Of a stretch of 64,000 nt of DNA, positions 33,311 to 48,300 are shown piece after piece. Position 1 is the first letter of the stretch. Each line of letters begins with the position of its first letter. The DNA lies in NCBI GenBank assembly GCA_044892525.1, contig CM097885.1:32116001-32180000 (forward strand), read 5' to 3'. The stretch comes from Schmidtea polychroa. Lineage: Eukaryota. Below the pieces are notes generated by a model. That model was not told where the DNA came from, made no database searches, and worked only from the letters and a program-made list of their open reading frames with translations. A program made the position numbers and the translations under genes.

Positions 33311-34303
33311 TTATTTCTTATTACAATTATTAAGCACCCAATTGAATGCTTCATCGACCTTGGCCATATCCATGACAGTGGAATTGATAACCTGCCATTT
33401 TCCATTGAGATTGTTCATGTCGAGAAATTTGATGACAGAAATGCACGAGAATTTGCGCGGCTGGAACTCATTGAGAGCCAATGACAACACGAGAATCGGG
33501 ATGTGCGGCTTCACCCACATGTGCTGAGTGATCGAGTACAATTCGATTTTCGCCAGTTCCCAGAACGAGATCCGTTCAACATTTGCATCGACAACGTAAA
33601 CCAACGCGTCCATTGACAGGAAGAAATCGCTGGCTTGAGAGGTCAATTTCAAAACGTCTGAGCTTGACGATTGGAACAATTTATTGTTCTGCATTCGATT
33701 GGTCGCCTTCACAGATTCCATTCGTTCGGTTTCTGTCGATGAGTAAATGATGCTCAAATCAAACTGTTTGTTGTAGGGATTGCTGCTGTTTTTCAATTCG
33801 AACGTAAATCCCGATCCGATCCCACCGGCATAACCGGGAAACATTTTCACGAATTTCAACGGATTGATTGAACTGTCACGCATTATATTCTTCACAAAAC
33901 AACTCGTGTCTGACTCTAGTCCAGGTCCAATTAAGGCAATTTTAGGGACGACTTTATAGAAAAGAGATTTAAGTCTGATGAAAACATCGTTGAAAGAAAA
34001 TGAATTGAAAATCATGAAATACTCTTGAACGTCAGGACAACATCTTAAATAAATTTCTTTGCTTGGCATTTCGTTCGGATATCTTGATATGTACAATTCA
34101 GGATTTGCATCACTCCCAAGAGACTTCCAATATTTACTATCGACTAATAATTTCCGTCGCCAAAAATATTCATCATTACTTATTGAATAAAACCGATTGC
34201 TTACACAAGACAATCGGCATAAATCTTTTGCTGATAAATACGACAACACATTAAAAAGAATATCTTCTGGTAAATTTTGAAATTTAAGAGTATTATCGGC
34301 CAT
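33311..34303 (-). CDS. FBXO4: F-box only protein 4-like (F-box plus small-GTPase-like substrate domain), intronless
   Basis: LPEDILFNVLSYLSAKDLCRL, PKIALIGPGLE, GIGSG, IIYSST..ER, DALVYV, PILVLS and C-terminal FNWVL match the FBXO4 layout. Confidence 0.88.
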   Translation of the reverse strand: MADNTLKFQNLPEDILFNVLSYLSAKDLCRLSCVSNRFYSISNDEYFWRRKLLVDSKYWKSLGSDANPELYISRYPNEMPSKEIYLRCCPDVQEYFMIFNSFSFNDVFIRLKSLFYKVVPKIALIGPGLESDTSCFVKNIMRDSSINPLKFVKMFPGYAGGIGSGFTFELKNSSNPYNKQFDLSIIYSSTETERMESVKATNRMQNNKLFQSSSSDVLKLTSQASDFFLSMDALVYVVDANVERISFWELAKIELYSITQHMWVKPHIPILVLSLALNEFQPRKFSCISVIKFLDMNNLNGKWQVINSTVMDMAKVDEAFNWVLNNCNKK

Positions 34304-34896
34304 TTTAAATTAATTGAATTATAAGAATTATCTAAATAAATATTATTAATAATATTTAAAAAAAAATTAACAATAACACGATATTTTTATCGGTAACTTT
34401 GGTCTGGTTTAAAGATTTCCAATTTCAAGGTAATTAAAATTCTACCAGAAGAGCAGAATATATTAATGGCGTTAAACAAACGTAATGAGAACAAATTAAA
34501 ATCTTAATGAGTAAAAAATCCTATTTATTAGTTCTAGTAACCTAAATAATTCAAAATAATACTTCGAAAACACAATTTTCATAAATTATTATTTATTTTT
34601 CAAATTTATTTAGAGTTTTACGTTATTTAAAAATTTAATTATTTAGAAGTTCCTAAATTTTATATTTCAAATGTAAAAATTAGACTCTAATTTAGAGTTT
34701 GAATATCTTTGAGTCTTTCAATTTGCCTTTGAAATATTTCAATGATTTAATAAATTTGCAAATGTATATTTGTTACGGTTGAATTTCATGTCTACCGAAT
34801 TTACTTGAGATGAAGTCATCATTCATTGAAATGTCAAAAGAAATCAAACTATATATTTTTGAATGAGTGTGTGGTTGAAAACTAAATTGTGGTTAC

Positions 34897-35749
34897 TGTT
34901 GGGCTAAAACTGAATTTTATAATTTTAGTTTAATTGCATCGGTAACATAGGTCATACAAACGGTCCAGATTCAATGAAGAATCCAAAGAAAACATCGAAT
35001 AAAGCACAATTAAATAAGAACTATACAAGAATATATAATGAAACACAAGTGCAGAAAAAATTACATTAAACATGTAACAAAAAATATAACAAACTAAACA
35101 TGGAATTACTGTAATATAAATGAAGAAATTGCAGATAAATCTGAAATAAAAAACATCAATATTGGCTATTTGGAAGCCCGAGCCAATGGAGAACCCGAGT
35201 GATGAAGAAAACCAGAGCGCGGCAATTTGGAAGAATAAACAAACGGGGAATTTAGAGGGCAATTATCTAAAAAGTTGGATAAACGAGGGTAAACAAAAGA
35301 AGGAGAATTACGAAGAGGGTCAACAGAAATAGCCAATTAGAGAATGATAACTAAGGAAGTTAAAACCAATTAGGTCAAAATTTGGGCAAATAATCGGCAG
35401 TAGTCTTAGGTAGGGAAGAAGAAACAGACAATAGGAATTTGAAGAACAAAGCCAAGAAAAAAGGAATTATAAGAGGAACCGAAGAGTTAGAAAAGGAGTA
35501 TTAAAAGATTTCGGATCAGAGAGTGGAATCAAATAAAAGGTGAAACTTATTTTTAAATCACACAAGGTCGAGACCTTCCAGAGCTCGATTGGAAGCAAAA
35601 TCGTAGTTAACTAAGAGTTGTAATTATTTATTGAGAATTGTATATTTGCTATAAAACAAATATACGTTGGGAGTTGGTGTTTATCAATTTTTGGAACACA
35701 TGGAGTCAAAGTAACCAACGGTTGGTTTTTATTATCATAAAACTAAACA
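34897..35749 (+). mobile_element. Solo LTR, ~1-kb family, copy B (degenerate, no matching TSD)
   Basis: TGTTGGGCT start; body from about 35170 is the reverse complement of copy A. Confidence 0.7.
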
Positions 35750-36367
35750 ATTGAAAATAGTGAGACGATATCTCTAAAAAAAAGTTGCATGATGCAATTG
35801 ATGCACCAATAAGAGAAACATCAACAAATATTACGAAAATGGAAATTCTGGAGAAGCAATTGAAATTGTTTAAAATTACTGGAGAAAGATCATCAAATAT
35901 TAATTAATGCAATTTTAGCAGCTAATCCTACATCAACTGAAAATGAAAGAATTTTTTTATTAGCATCATGCTTTCTATCACCCATTTAAATCAAGATTGT
36001 CGGATGATTTATTAAGCAATTTAATTTTCCATAAAATTTAATTATTTAAATTTTTGAAACATTTCTTTATTCTTGAGGATTCTCAATTTCCGAGATTTTC
36101 CAAAAGTCGAGAATTGAGTATCGCTATATTGTATTATATAAATAAATAAACTTATTTTCTAACATCTTCAATAAACATAATTAGATAAGAAATTTAAATT
36201 ATCTATAACTACAAAACACAGAAAAGTTGGCTACTAGAAATTACCAATTTTAATTTTACATAGATAATATTTATTTTCAACAAAGTATTTACAAATAGAT
36301 ATAGAAATCAAGTATACTAGAAAGTATTCATTATAGAAATATACCATAAATATATGACAGTAATCAT

Positions 36368-39300
36368 TCACGTGAGCAATTTCTCTTCCTCGGTTAAATT
36401 TGGATTGTTCATAAACACTCCTTTTCGTTTATTTGTTACACAAAAGAAATAAGTAAAGGTGATAGCAAAACACATAAGTATAAATAGGACGGCAAAGAGA
36501 ATTCCGAATAAATAGTTTTCGATAGGAAGAAAATGTTGTTCCTTAGGAATAATAGACGTTTTGTTAATTATATATCCAAGACCCCATCCAACATTAGAAT
36601 CACCAATCTGAAATTAAAAACAAATTGCATAATAAAAGAAATGTAGTTTAATGAAGTTTCTTTTTCAACTTTATTAACCACATTGTTTAATCTTTGACGG
36701 ATAGAACGAAGAAAGTTAGAAACAATTCTGTGTAGATTTAAGGAAAACTCATTTATCAAATGAAGAAGAATGGAATGTAAAAGTATCTTACAAATCAATA
36801 ATAATAATAAAGCTAGACATGGTCACAATTTTTACATATATCTCATGTCGTATACATTGGATAAACGAAGTAGTTATTGAAAGCAGTTATACTCAAATAA
36901 AGCTCTAGCATGAAAGGTAATAATTCAATTATCAACAATATCGTTATTAGCAACCGTGAATTTCGTATTTATAACGTCAATAAAATAACAATTTTCCAAA
37001 AATTCATTTCAACAACACTAAATATTTTCCAATATTATTCAAACACACAATACATCCGAGTTTTTTCAGTGTCAAATATTGATATTTTCAGAAGGACAGA
37101 TTTCAGTCCTCATATATTCCATTCTCATTAACATACTACATTTATTATATAAAATTTTTAAACACTTAACATTTTATATATAAATTTAAAATGTTAATTT
37201 GAAATTACTATTTCTTTAAATATTTTACATAATCAAACTTTGAAAGTTAATATTTAATTTTTAAATATACACTTATAATCGCAGTGACGTTCAAATATGC
37301 ATTAACCCAATTTGTGAAAGAAATAAACCTATTTATCAATAAAATATAATGATGACCGTTCCAAATTTCACAGTAACAAATAGTCTAGACAGAGTGAGAT
37401 ATTTTATAATTTATCATATAATTTTAGCATAATATAGTGAGTTTAATATGGTACGGAACAAATTTTGATGATTTTAACAGATATGTCTAAAATTGGTTTG
37501 TGTTACATACGACACTGTACTACACCAAACGCCACTGAGAACCGTTTCCTATAATATAACAAAAAAATCAATAATCTTACATTATAGAAACATACATACT
37601 TACTTTGATTTCACGTTGATGTTCTCATTTAGAGTGCAGTCAGATACATCTTATACTATAGAAATCTGAAAAGTAGAAGAAAAATTAAAAACTGCACACA
37701 AACACAACACATACTAAAAAACACATAAACTTTTGATTCATCGAAATGCACCGCTGAGATACGTTTCTATAATAATTCTATTTTAGACAATTTTTAGAAA
37801 AAAAAGATCGCTGAAAATTTTTAAAAATATATTTTTAATGAAATTTTCAAGAGCAGATGAATTTGGTTCAATGTCTTTTCAATCCAGATTTGGTATTCTG
37901 AAAGGAGCTCTTCATATTGAGCTCAGAAAAAAAATACAAAAATTAAAAAAATTATTCATATTCGGCGATTTTTCCCAAAATGTTTTAGAAAAATACATAT
38001 TTTTGGTAATTCATTTATTTATTTAATTATAGTTAAAAACATATCTGACTCACATTTTTCGAAAATATTCGAAAATACTTAAAAATAAATGTCATAAATT
38101 TCCAAAAATCTCTGAAAATTAATTAAAAATAATTTTTAATAACTGCTAACTAAAAGGGAAATTTAAGAACTTGAATAATGATCTCATATCTATATGGATC
38201 AAAATTCAAGACTTAAAATTTACTTAAAATTAAATATCTTACCTGAAAGCCAATTCGAAAATGGCTAAAATAAATTTCCAAAAAACATTCAATATTGTAA
38301 GCAATTCAGTAAATGATAAATGTAAATTGATAAAGATGATTAATTAGTAAATACAGTAAATTGGTGAGTGAATTACCTTACACGCCAACCACCACTATAG
38401 AGAATGTATCTCAGTGGTGTTTGGTGTATTTTAATGTTACACCAAAGCGCATTTGATTATCATAAATGAGAGATTCATTTAACAATGTCAATTGAGCTTT
38501 GTTTTGGATTTTAGTTATATTTTAAGTTTTTTTGTTAAAATAATGAATAAAGAAGTAAGATATTTATTTATTTATTTAAATATACATTAAATTTTTTGTA
38601 GTTCACCTAAAATATCCAGTTTCTTCAAGCATTTAGGGAAGAATCTTTAATATAATTATTAATATGACTTTAAGATGATTTTTGAAATTACTATGATTTG
38701 GTTTTCGAAGTTCCTCGTTAACTGCTTGGGTTATTGCAATAAATAATTCATTGAAGGTAAATCTGTCTGCTAAATCCATCAGCCGAAGAAACTTTAGTCC
38801 TTACCCCATTTTTAATTTTGCTAAACACTTTTGATGGGGTTCAAAAATGGATTATATGGCAACTTTTCAATTTGAATAGTCAATGAAGATATATTATTGT
38901 GAATGGATTAGCTCATCTTTGGATATTGGGACCTCGATTTGTTGGCATATTGTTATAAATTCTATTGCCCACTCGTGATCTACCGAATCTCTTGTTCGTC
39001 CATGTATTGAAGAGCATTCATCTATGAATTTCTTGAAATGAAATAGTCGATTCTGATGAAGTATCTGACATATTTTCGTATATTTTTTATAATTAATTAA
39101 TTTTAAATTGAAAATATTTAGCTAATTGGATGTCCATATGATAAATCAATGTCCTATAGTGTGTATTTTTTAATTTAGAAAATTTGTGAACCGTGTTTGT
39201 ATGTATTTATTTTTCTTCCAACTGCGATTTTTCTATCTTTCTATAGTGTAATTGCCAATATAATGTCACCTTGCTAATTCAATGTCACATCTGGCTATGA

Positions 39301-42300
39301 CACACACACATTTATTATAGGTAAGTTAATATTTATATTACTAAATTTCTTTCAGAAAACCAAATCTGGATTGAAAAGACATTGAACCAAATTCATCTGC
39401 TCTTGATATTTTTATTAAAAATATATTTTTAAAATTTTCAGTGATCATTTTTTTTTCTAAAAATTGTCTAAAATAAAGTTATTATAGAAACGTATCTCAG
39501 CGGTGCATTTCTACGAATCAAAAGTTTGTATGTGTTGCGCTTGTGTGTAGTTTTTAATTTTTCTTCCACTTTTCAGATTTCTATAGTATAAGATGTATCT
39601 CACTGAACTATAAATGAGAACATCAGCGTAAAACAAAGTAAGTATGTATGTTTCTAAAATGTAAGATTATTGATTTTTTTGTTATATTATAGGAAACGGT
39701 TCTCAGTGGTGTTTGGTATATATCAATTTATACACGCTGAAGTACTGAATGATAACTAAAATGTATTCCTTGTACCTATTGTTGTCTTTTCGTTTAAATT
39801 TTGTCATAGAACTGAAACCAGCATAAATATGTAAATCTCATGAGTTATTGATGTCTGATATTAATTTTAAATAAAAATCCTTAAATATAATGAATTATAT
39901 TATTATATTTAAAAAAGAAATTTTCGTAGCACATTACTTTTCTAGAAAAAATAACCTCAATTTAAATTCACTCTCAACCGGATTTAATTATTTTAATAGA
40001 AAATTAACCAACCTATAAATGAGTTATAATTTATTTTTAAACAAACTTGCCTAAAGTGACTGACTATAAATATAATGCAAGTAATAAAATAACAGCATAA
40101 AATAAATATTACTTTATCTATAAATTCTATGTTACTCCAATTTGATTCATTAAATCCCAAATTAATTAACATTTGAATCATAAATACAACATCAAAGCAT
40201 CTCCATTTAGTCCACCTGTCTTCATCGCCATTAAAGACAAACTAAATTCATAAAATATAATTTTGAGAAACGGATATTAGTAGTACAGTGCCATTATATG
40301 GGGAATTGCACAGATTTTTCATTTTGGTTTTATATCCTTCAAAATCCAAATTTTCATTTTTATCATTTAAAATAGTTTTAATCAAATTATATGCTGAGAA
40401 AGCCTATAAAGAAAAAGATTTAAATTTATTAATAAAAATATGAGAAAAATATTTATGCAATAATTACAAACAGCGTAATCTCATTTTTAAGCATTAAGTA
40501 TAGAATTATGCGTATATATTTATGATATAAACATTATCAAAAATATGTTATCTTAATTCATTAGTCACGATAACAACTTTAAACTTCTTTTTAGTTTTTC
40601 TTTTGATCAATCATACAATAAAATATATTTATCCACTTTCTTTTTTTCAGATTTCCCATATCAATTTTCAAATGTTGCACCATATTTATTTCCGTAAATT
40701 ATAATTTGACGAAATAATATATTCTCAAATAATTTCTTTTTTGACTTGACCTTGTGAAACTCTTAATTTGATTATGTGTTTCTCCGTTTTTATTAGTCTA
40801 GAAGTGAATGAAGCCTTAATACTTTTTTATAATCAACAATTTATACAAATATGAAAAGATTTATCTTATTTTTCACCATTGGTCGGTTTTTTTCATTTAG
40901 AATTTCATTTACCTTCATTTCAATTATATTATCAATATTCTTTTTTGTTTTTGTATTTAACTTGAAAAATGCAGTGCAAAAATTTGAGTAATTTGGGAAA
41001 AATTAACATTGCCATGTAGTCGATAAGTCGATATATATAACATTTTATTATTTAAAAAACCTTTTACAATAAATAACTGGTTAATCACATCTTTATTTAT
41101 TTATATTAAGAAATTATTATAAATTTAAAATTAATACTTCAATTAATTATTGAAGAAAATGACATCAAAAAACTTTAAATTTTAATTACAACAAACTAGT
41201 TTTCATGATTCTTAATATTAAATTTTCATTTTTCATAATTTTTCACAAATAAACAAAGCATAATTCATAAAACTAAATTTATTTCTAATTTTTGAAATTT
41301 TAATAATTTCAAATATTTTAAGTAATTTCCCAATATGGAAAAATGATCAACAACCATATGTAAATATATATATTAAAATGTTTATTCAAAAATAATAAAT
41401 AACAACTAAATAAATAAATAATAACTAGGGGTAAATGTCAATAATATAGGCAAGATAATTAATTTCAAATTGAGAATTTTATAAATAAAAAATGGAAAAA
41501 AATGAAAAAAAAATTTAACTTAATATTAACTCATAATTTATCATTCAAATTTCATTCTCAAAATACTTAATTAAGTTATTTAATTCTATATATTTTACTG
41601 ATAAATTATAACTAAAATATTAAGTACAATTAACTTTTCAGCATCATTACCTAGCATTTTATATATTTGATATAAATAAAAAAAATGAACTACCGGATAG
41701 TCTCGAAAGTAAGACCAGGTCTTACTTTCGAATTTTTATAGATTTCAACGCGAAATAAAGAAATCGAAAGTAAGACCGTTCTTACTTTCGAGTGGAGAAT
41801 GATACCCCAACCCTTGTTATGCCCTCGTTAAATCAATAAAAATGTGAGGAAATTAAGACATAAAAATAAAATTGTAAAACAAAATACACTTTAACAGAAC
41901 ATAAATAAAGGTAAAACATAGAATATGAATTCACAGTGTTTTTAATGAAACATGATTTCATTTTTATTCACCAAAATCAACATACTCCTTCTCTTCCGAT
42001 AATTCTTCTTCCACACCTATCAATTTTTGTTTAAGATTGTTATTAAACAAATCCCCGTTATAGTCTTGATTAACCCCAAAAATGCCACAACAAACAAATG
42101 CCTTTTGTATACTCTCGGTCTTTATTTGATCAACCGATTCAGATATCCATTTGAATATAATTTCCCAACAGGGTTTCTGCCTGTATTCCATTTTAGTGAA
42201 ATTTGCATCCCCATTTGCCATCCATTCCGACCATCTTTTTCTATATTCGTTTTTAAAAATAAAATTAATAACAACATCAAGAGGCTGTAAAAATGCAGTT

Positions 42301-45300
42301 GTTTTTTCCGGAATTTCAATTGTTTTCACATTAAGTCGAGTGAAAAGATCTGTAACTTCATTTCTTGTATGTGCACTAAACTTATCAAAAATAATTACAG
42401 CTTTCCTGTTTTGCACAAAAATATTATCGCGTGGAAAACAATTTTGGATCCACGTTTTCATTATTTCTGTTGTCATCGTTCCAGATTCAGATGTAATCAC
42501 CATTAGATTTTTTGGAATAAAGCATTTGGGAACTTTACGCAATTTTTTAAGAATCACAAGAGTTCTATGAAGTTTTCCATTGGCTGAAATAAGTAGCACG
42601 ACTGAAAAACGTGTTTTGCAGTGCCCAGTTCCCTTTGCTTCGACATTTTTTTCACCTTTGGTAGTTATAGTCTTTGATGGCATAGTATCTATATAAATGG
42701 GTGTTTCATCCATATTATAAATATTACTTTCATCATACATTTGGCAAATTTTCACTTTTTCTAAATGGTTTGTAATTATTTCCTTTATCTCGGAATGACT
42801 TCGATTATCCTGTTGCCCAATGCTTGTTATTTTACGATAGGATAGATTGTTTCTTCTAAAGAAATTATGAACCCAACATTGACTTAATACAAGCGACAAA
42901 TTGTTTGCAGTTATATATTCCATTGCTTTTTGTCTCAAAAGGTACACGGAAACTGCTCGTTTGAAAACCATCCTTTCGAATTTAACATATTCAACCAAAG
43001 GTTTTTCCAATTCTGGAAATTCGGCTTTTCTTCCACATCCCACTTTCTTTAGTATATTTTTCCTGGTTACGCTCAAAAGAGTATCCTTCTGGTATAACCA
43101 ATCACGCAACATTTTGAATGTTATATTGTTTTCACGTGCCGTCTTTCTGATGTTTCCCTTGTTCACAATCAAGCGTTCAAGTATATCCAGCTTAAACTTA
43201 ACTGTATATGATCGTCTTGTATTTGTCATATGGATATAAAAATTTTGGATATATAATGGATATATATATGGATATATAATTTTTTAATGGAAATCAATTT
43301 TATTTGTCTCGAAAGTAAGACCATTCGAAAGTAAGACCATGGTCTTACTTTCGAGTGGTCTTACTTTCGAGACTATCCGGTAAATTAAATCGCTGAAATA
43401 ATATTTTGAAAAACAACTCAATAGTTTTTTAATAATTTTTTCATGACTTTTAATTGTATTATAAGCCAACTAACAACTAACATTGAAATATTTAAATGAT
43501 TTAAAAATTAAAAAAATAAGGTTACCCCAAATTTTCCAGAGATTGGTGGTTGGTAGACTCCATTAAATGAACACGATTCATATTCGCATTTACTCTTATT
43601 GAATAAATGCTGAACTGATGAGTTACAAGATGTATAATTATTTGTTCCTTTAAAGGTTATATTTTGATTTATCTACAAAATGAAAAGATATGATAAGAAA
43701 CATAAGTAATTCTGTTTGCTTGTTTAAACTTGGACAATTCCATGTATTTCACATTAAGAACAATATATAAATATATAAATAGTAAATTTATATTAGTAAT
43801 AGTATGTTCGTCAACATTCCTTCCAGTCCTCATTTATTAAAATTCAATTATATCTTTGAAAATTACAATTGGATTAGTATTAAATAATAAATAAATCACA
43901 AATAAAACATAACGAGTGTTTTAAACATAAAATTTCAAATTTTAATATTTGGAAACAAAATTTTGGATTCATGAGAGAAAAGAAATATCACAAAGAAAAT
44001 CGTGAAATAAAATTATTTTGAAAAAGAATTCTTAGAAATGTTTTTATCACTGTATGATTTTGTTTCTGAAAATGATGTAAATGTAGAAAAAAACTAAAAC
44101 TCTTATGTGTTTATATTTAAAAAAATTAGAATTTTGTATACAATCTATAGATCTGCATAGCTCTAATGAAGAATTTCAATGGATCAAGAACCTATTTGCT
44201 GAAAATTCCAAAAAGAATCACCATTCAAGCACATCTCAAGAATAATTCATTGATATTAGAGAAAGTTTTCAACAAAAATCCTTCTTTAATTGATGAATGA
44301 AACAGATAAGCGAATGTCCAGAATTAATAAGCACAGTAACCCATGCGGTGCTACTATTTGGTTCTATCTACCTTTGTAAGGTACTATTTACCAAAATAAG
44401 TGAAACTTGGAACCTGACTTTCGAATCGCAGTATTAGAAATCTTGAAACCAGATTTCTCTGGTTTCAAATGAAGAGAAATTACATTAAAATTAAATAAGA
44501 AAAACTAACCGTACTCACTCTTCTACATTCTCTCAAAATTAAAATTTCAATATGCGTGCTCAATGCTATGAAATATTTAATATTATGCAAAATCGCCTAG
44601 TTCAGAAATTACTTTCAAATGAACATTTTATTAATATTTTGAAAATATTAATAAAATTGAAAATTTTCACAAAAGTTAATTATAATACCTTCGATCGATC
44701 TGAAATTTTGAAGGCGTGCATTGTTCTCAGCGACGAATCTATCTGCCAAATTTCACCTCAATCCGATGATGGGAAGTGAGGTAATTTGTCGGCGCATAAT
44801 TCATACAAATATTCATATATACAAAGTGAAGTTAATATAGACAGTTTAATAATTAATATTTATATGCAATGTTAAAAATAAATAATTTTAGTTAAGACCA
44901 ATAATTCACATGAAAATATTGTGGATCAAAAAATTATATATGAAAAGAATTGTCTTAAGTTTTACTCAATCAAAAAACTTTGGAGACAACTGTCATACAA
45001 ATCAGAAATATTTCTAAAAATTTCTCAAAACAATTTTTAGCTTATTAGACTCTGAATAAAATTCTCTGTAGAATCATAATTAGTTTGCAGATTTTATTGA
45101 TTTTCAAATTTTTCAATTTTGACATGAAATAAAAATATATTTTTCAACATAGTTTTTGCTTATTGTATTTTTGCAAAAAAGTCTCTCAAAGATCATATAG
45201 ATTAGGCAACAATAATAGAAAATTTACCTGCAACCAGTTTGAAGGGGGAATTACTTCATGGCCGTAATGATCTAATGCAAATTTCCCCATGACACATGGC

Positions 45301-48300
45301 ACATTAAAAATATCTTTTGCCCCATATGTAATTGATTCAGACCCTGACATGCAAGGATTCGAAATGTTCGTAGTAAAATTCTCAATCTTTATTACCAGAT
45401 CAAATAATCATCAACCCTTGTTGACATATATATTTACCTCTATCAATTCAGCTAGAAACCGGAATTCTGCTTGAGCTTTACCATAACATAAATAGCTATG
45501 ACTGTAAACCGAATATGAATTCCCATAAAGTTTCATCTTGATAACATCTGTCATATTATTTGGGGAGTTATCAAGAAATGTTATCTGTGTACTGGCTCCA
45601 CCCATGTCCAAAGCACCAATTGCGTCTGGTTTGTCGACAATAGTCTGTAGTAGAGATTTCAGAATATTAGCAAGAGAATTTAGTATTATTCAATAAAATA
45701 TCTGCCATTTAGTAATAGTAAGAATTAATATGTACATTGCTTCAAGCCTCATCAAATGTTTTCCCAATTTTCACAAAGTTTATTGTAAAAATGTCAGAAA
45801 ATTCTTAGCCAATATGTTATTACAATATGAATTTATTTATAGAAATCCATTGATTATAGAAATTCTGTAATCATTATTTGTGTTTTTAATCAATTTGTAT
45901 GGTTAATGTGCTAGATATATGCATTTTTTTTAATAAAATAAAAAATTTATTAATTAGGTTGGCACATAAAATCGTTCTTTCTAAGCAAAATGTTAAAAAA
46001 GTAAATTAACGAGGGAGAGTAACTGGTAGTGTAGACATAATGGAGGTAACTACTTCCCTTAGATCGTCATGTTAGCTAGGAGTCGCGCCGAAACAATATT
46101 AACCCTACACTGCATGACTTTTCTTAAATGACTTTCACTTAAACTGTAAGACGTTTTAAAAATTGATTTGGTAATACAAAACTATTGAGAATTACATTAC
46201 GGTTTTTTTGTATTATATTGCAAATATAGCCAATACAATGTAATATGAGAGAACATTTACCGAGAACAAGAGCGAGACAGTTTTTATTCTAATAAGATAA
46301 TTGTGTATCACCAGTGATACAATATGCAGTGTAGGGTTAATATGGATGTAATTGTTTCCAGTCATAAAATTGACGAAGCAGTGGCGCCATAGACACAATT
46401 ATTATATAGATAAGTCCACATTTATCTGTCGTACAGGTTTTTTTCAGCAAGTTTTATCTTATTAATATTTATTTCATCCATTATTCTATGAAATATATTC
46501 TGTAATAATTCAATTATACCAACCTTAGGTAGATTTTTAAGTAGAAAGTTTATTGTAGTCCATCCATAGAGACCTTCTTTAGCACCTGTAATTATAGCAA
46601 TATCTGAGATAGGGTCATTCAGTTTTAAAGGAGATTTTTCTAAAGAATCTCTAATGAAATTCATTATCTGTTGAGATGCATTATGATTGTTCAGCCTAAA
46701 TTGAAAGATAAATCTTTATCAGTTGAAAAGAGACATGAATTTAATAATGATAAAAAATGAAAATAATCAAGGTACCAGAAGTAACGTCAATCATAATTCA
46801 AGATTAAAATAACACTTAAGAAAAGTTATGGAAATATTTCAATTTTTTAAAAAAACTTTAAAACAATGTCTAAAAAATTAATAATTTGGAAAGCTAGTAT
46901 CGGAGAATTCAGTTATATTTCTTGAATGCTAAATTGAACCAAACATAAATTGGAAATAATAAATTTAGTATGTTAATGCGAATGAAATATATAATGAATG
47001 AAATCTGTTCTTATGAAAATATCAAGATTAACATTTAGAAAACTCCTCAAATATATTATCTGTTAAAATAATATTGTGAAAAAGCAATGTTGTTTTTGAA
47101 AGACATAATTGGAAAGTTGTTATTAATGGATGCTATAAATACGAAATTCACGGTACTAAAAGATTCATTAAAAAAAATTAACAAATGTTGTCCAAACAAA
47201 TTTTTACAGATTTAATTTGCATGTGTAAATTTATTGAAAGTTTGAAAATTAAGAATTACGATTTAACCTTTAGCCCTTATTTGAACAACATAGCCAAAAA
47301 TATTTCATTATAAAGCTATTTTGTACAGGGCAGTTCCAACCATGGATAAAACATGTCTCATCAGAGGTCTGTCACACCATCTTTATGTGAATAGAATACA
47401 CACACATATTGTTTTTAAATTAAATAATTATTAAATTAAATAAATTTCAATATTCTAAAATCTCCTTTTTTGCTATAAATTAAAAATGGTTTATTGTTTA
47501 AATTACAATGTTTATAATTTTAAAAAAATGTTTTTTTATTAAAAAAAAGATATAGTTAATAATTTTTTTCAAAAATATATAATCTTTATAGTTATATTCT
47601 ATCCAATTTGAAGATGACAGTAAGACTGTCGAATTATATTAAAAAACGAATGTTTGAGTGGCGCTTTCTTATAATTGTATAATTATTTGATAAATTATAA
47701 AATGGAATGACAATAGGATTAGGCAAATCATTTAGTTTGAAACAAATTCATAAAATACCAAATTAAATTTTGTTTATCAAATATATGAAATTACTTAAAC
47801 TTATATTTGACTTACCATAGCATTCGCATTCCTGCTGTCGCTCCAAGATAAACAAAGGTTTTCTTATGCATCTCTTTTGGTATTAAAGGTATAATTTTAC
47901 TGTCAAGACAGTTTTTTATCCCACTGTATGATTTATTGGGATTCATGTAAAACGAAGAAATGCCAGGATCTTAAGAAAATAAATAATATCCTAATTGATA
48001 GTACAAACCTGAATTTTAGAAAATAATAAAACAAATAACTTATTTTTGCCATAAAATAAAATAAATATATCTGAGAAAATAGATTTTCTTAAAAAATTAT
48101 AAAATAATTTGTTTAGATGCATTTTTACTAAGATTTTCATTCGCTAAATTCTTATGAAAATTATCATTTTATTCTCATCATCAATTTGTTAAAAATAACA
48201 ATAATGAGTATATTAACATAACAATTAAAGAATATTTAACGTTTTTATTCTTCACTGTTAATTTGTTCATATTTGTTCCTTTATTTGTAGGCTATATATC

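Noticed and set aside
36568-36798. Track ORFs 36568-36798, 39993-40181, 45411-45611, 46422-46664 and 50606-50806 as separate genes
   Set aside because: They overlap or are fragments of NTPDase exons running into introns.
44010-44300. Possible nested antisense two-exon gene in an NTPDase intron
   Set aside because: Upstream in-frame stop, no acceptor or clear start, no homology.
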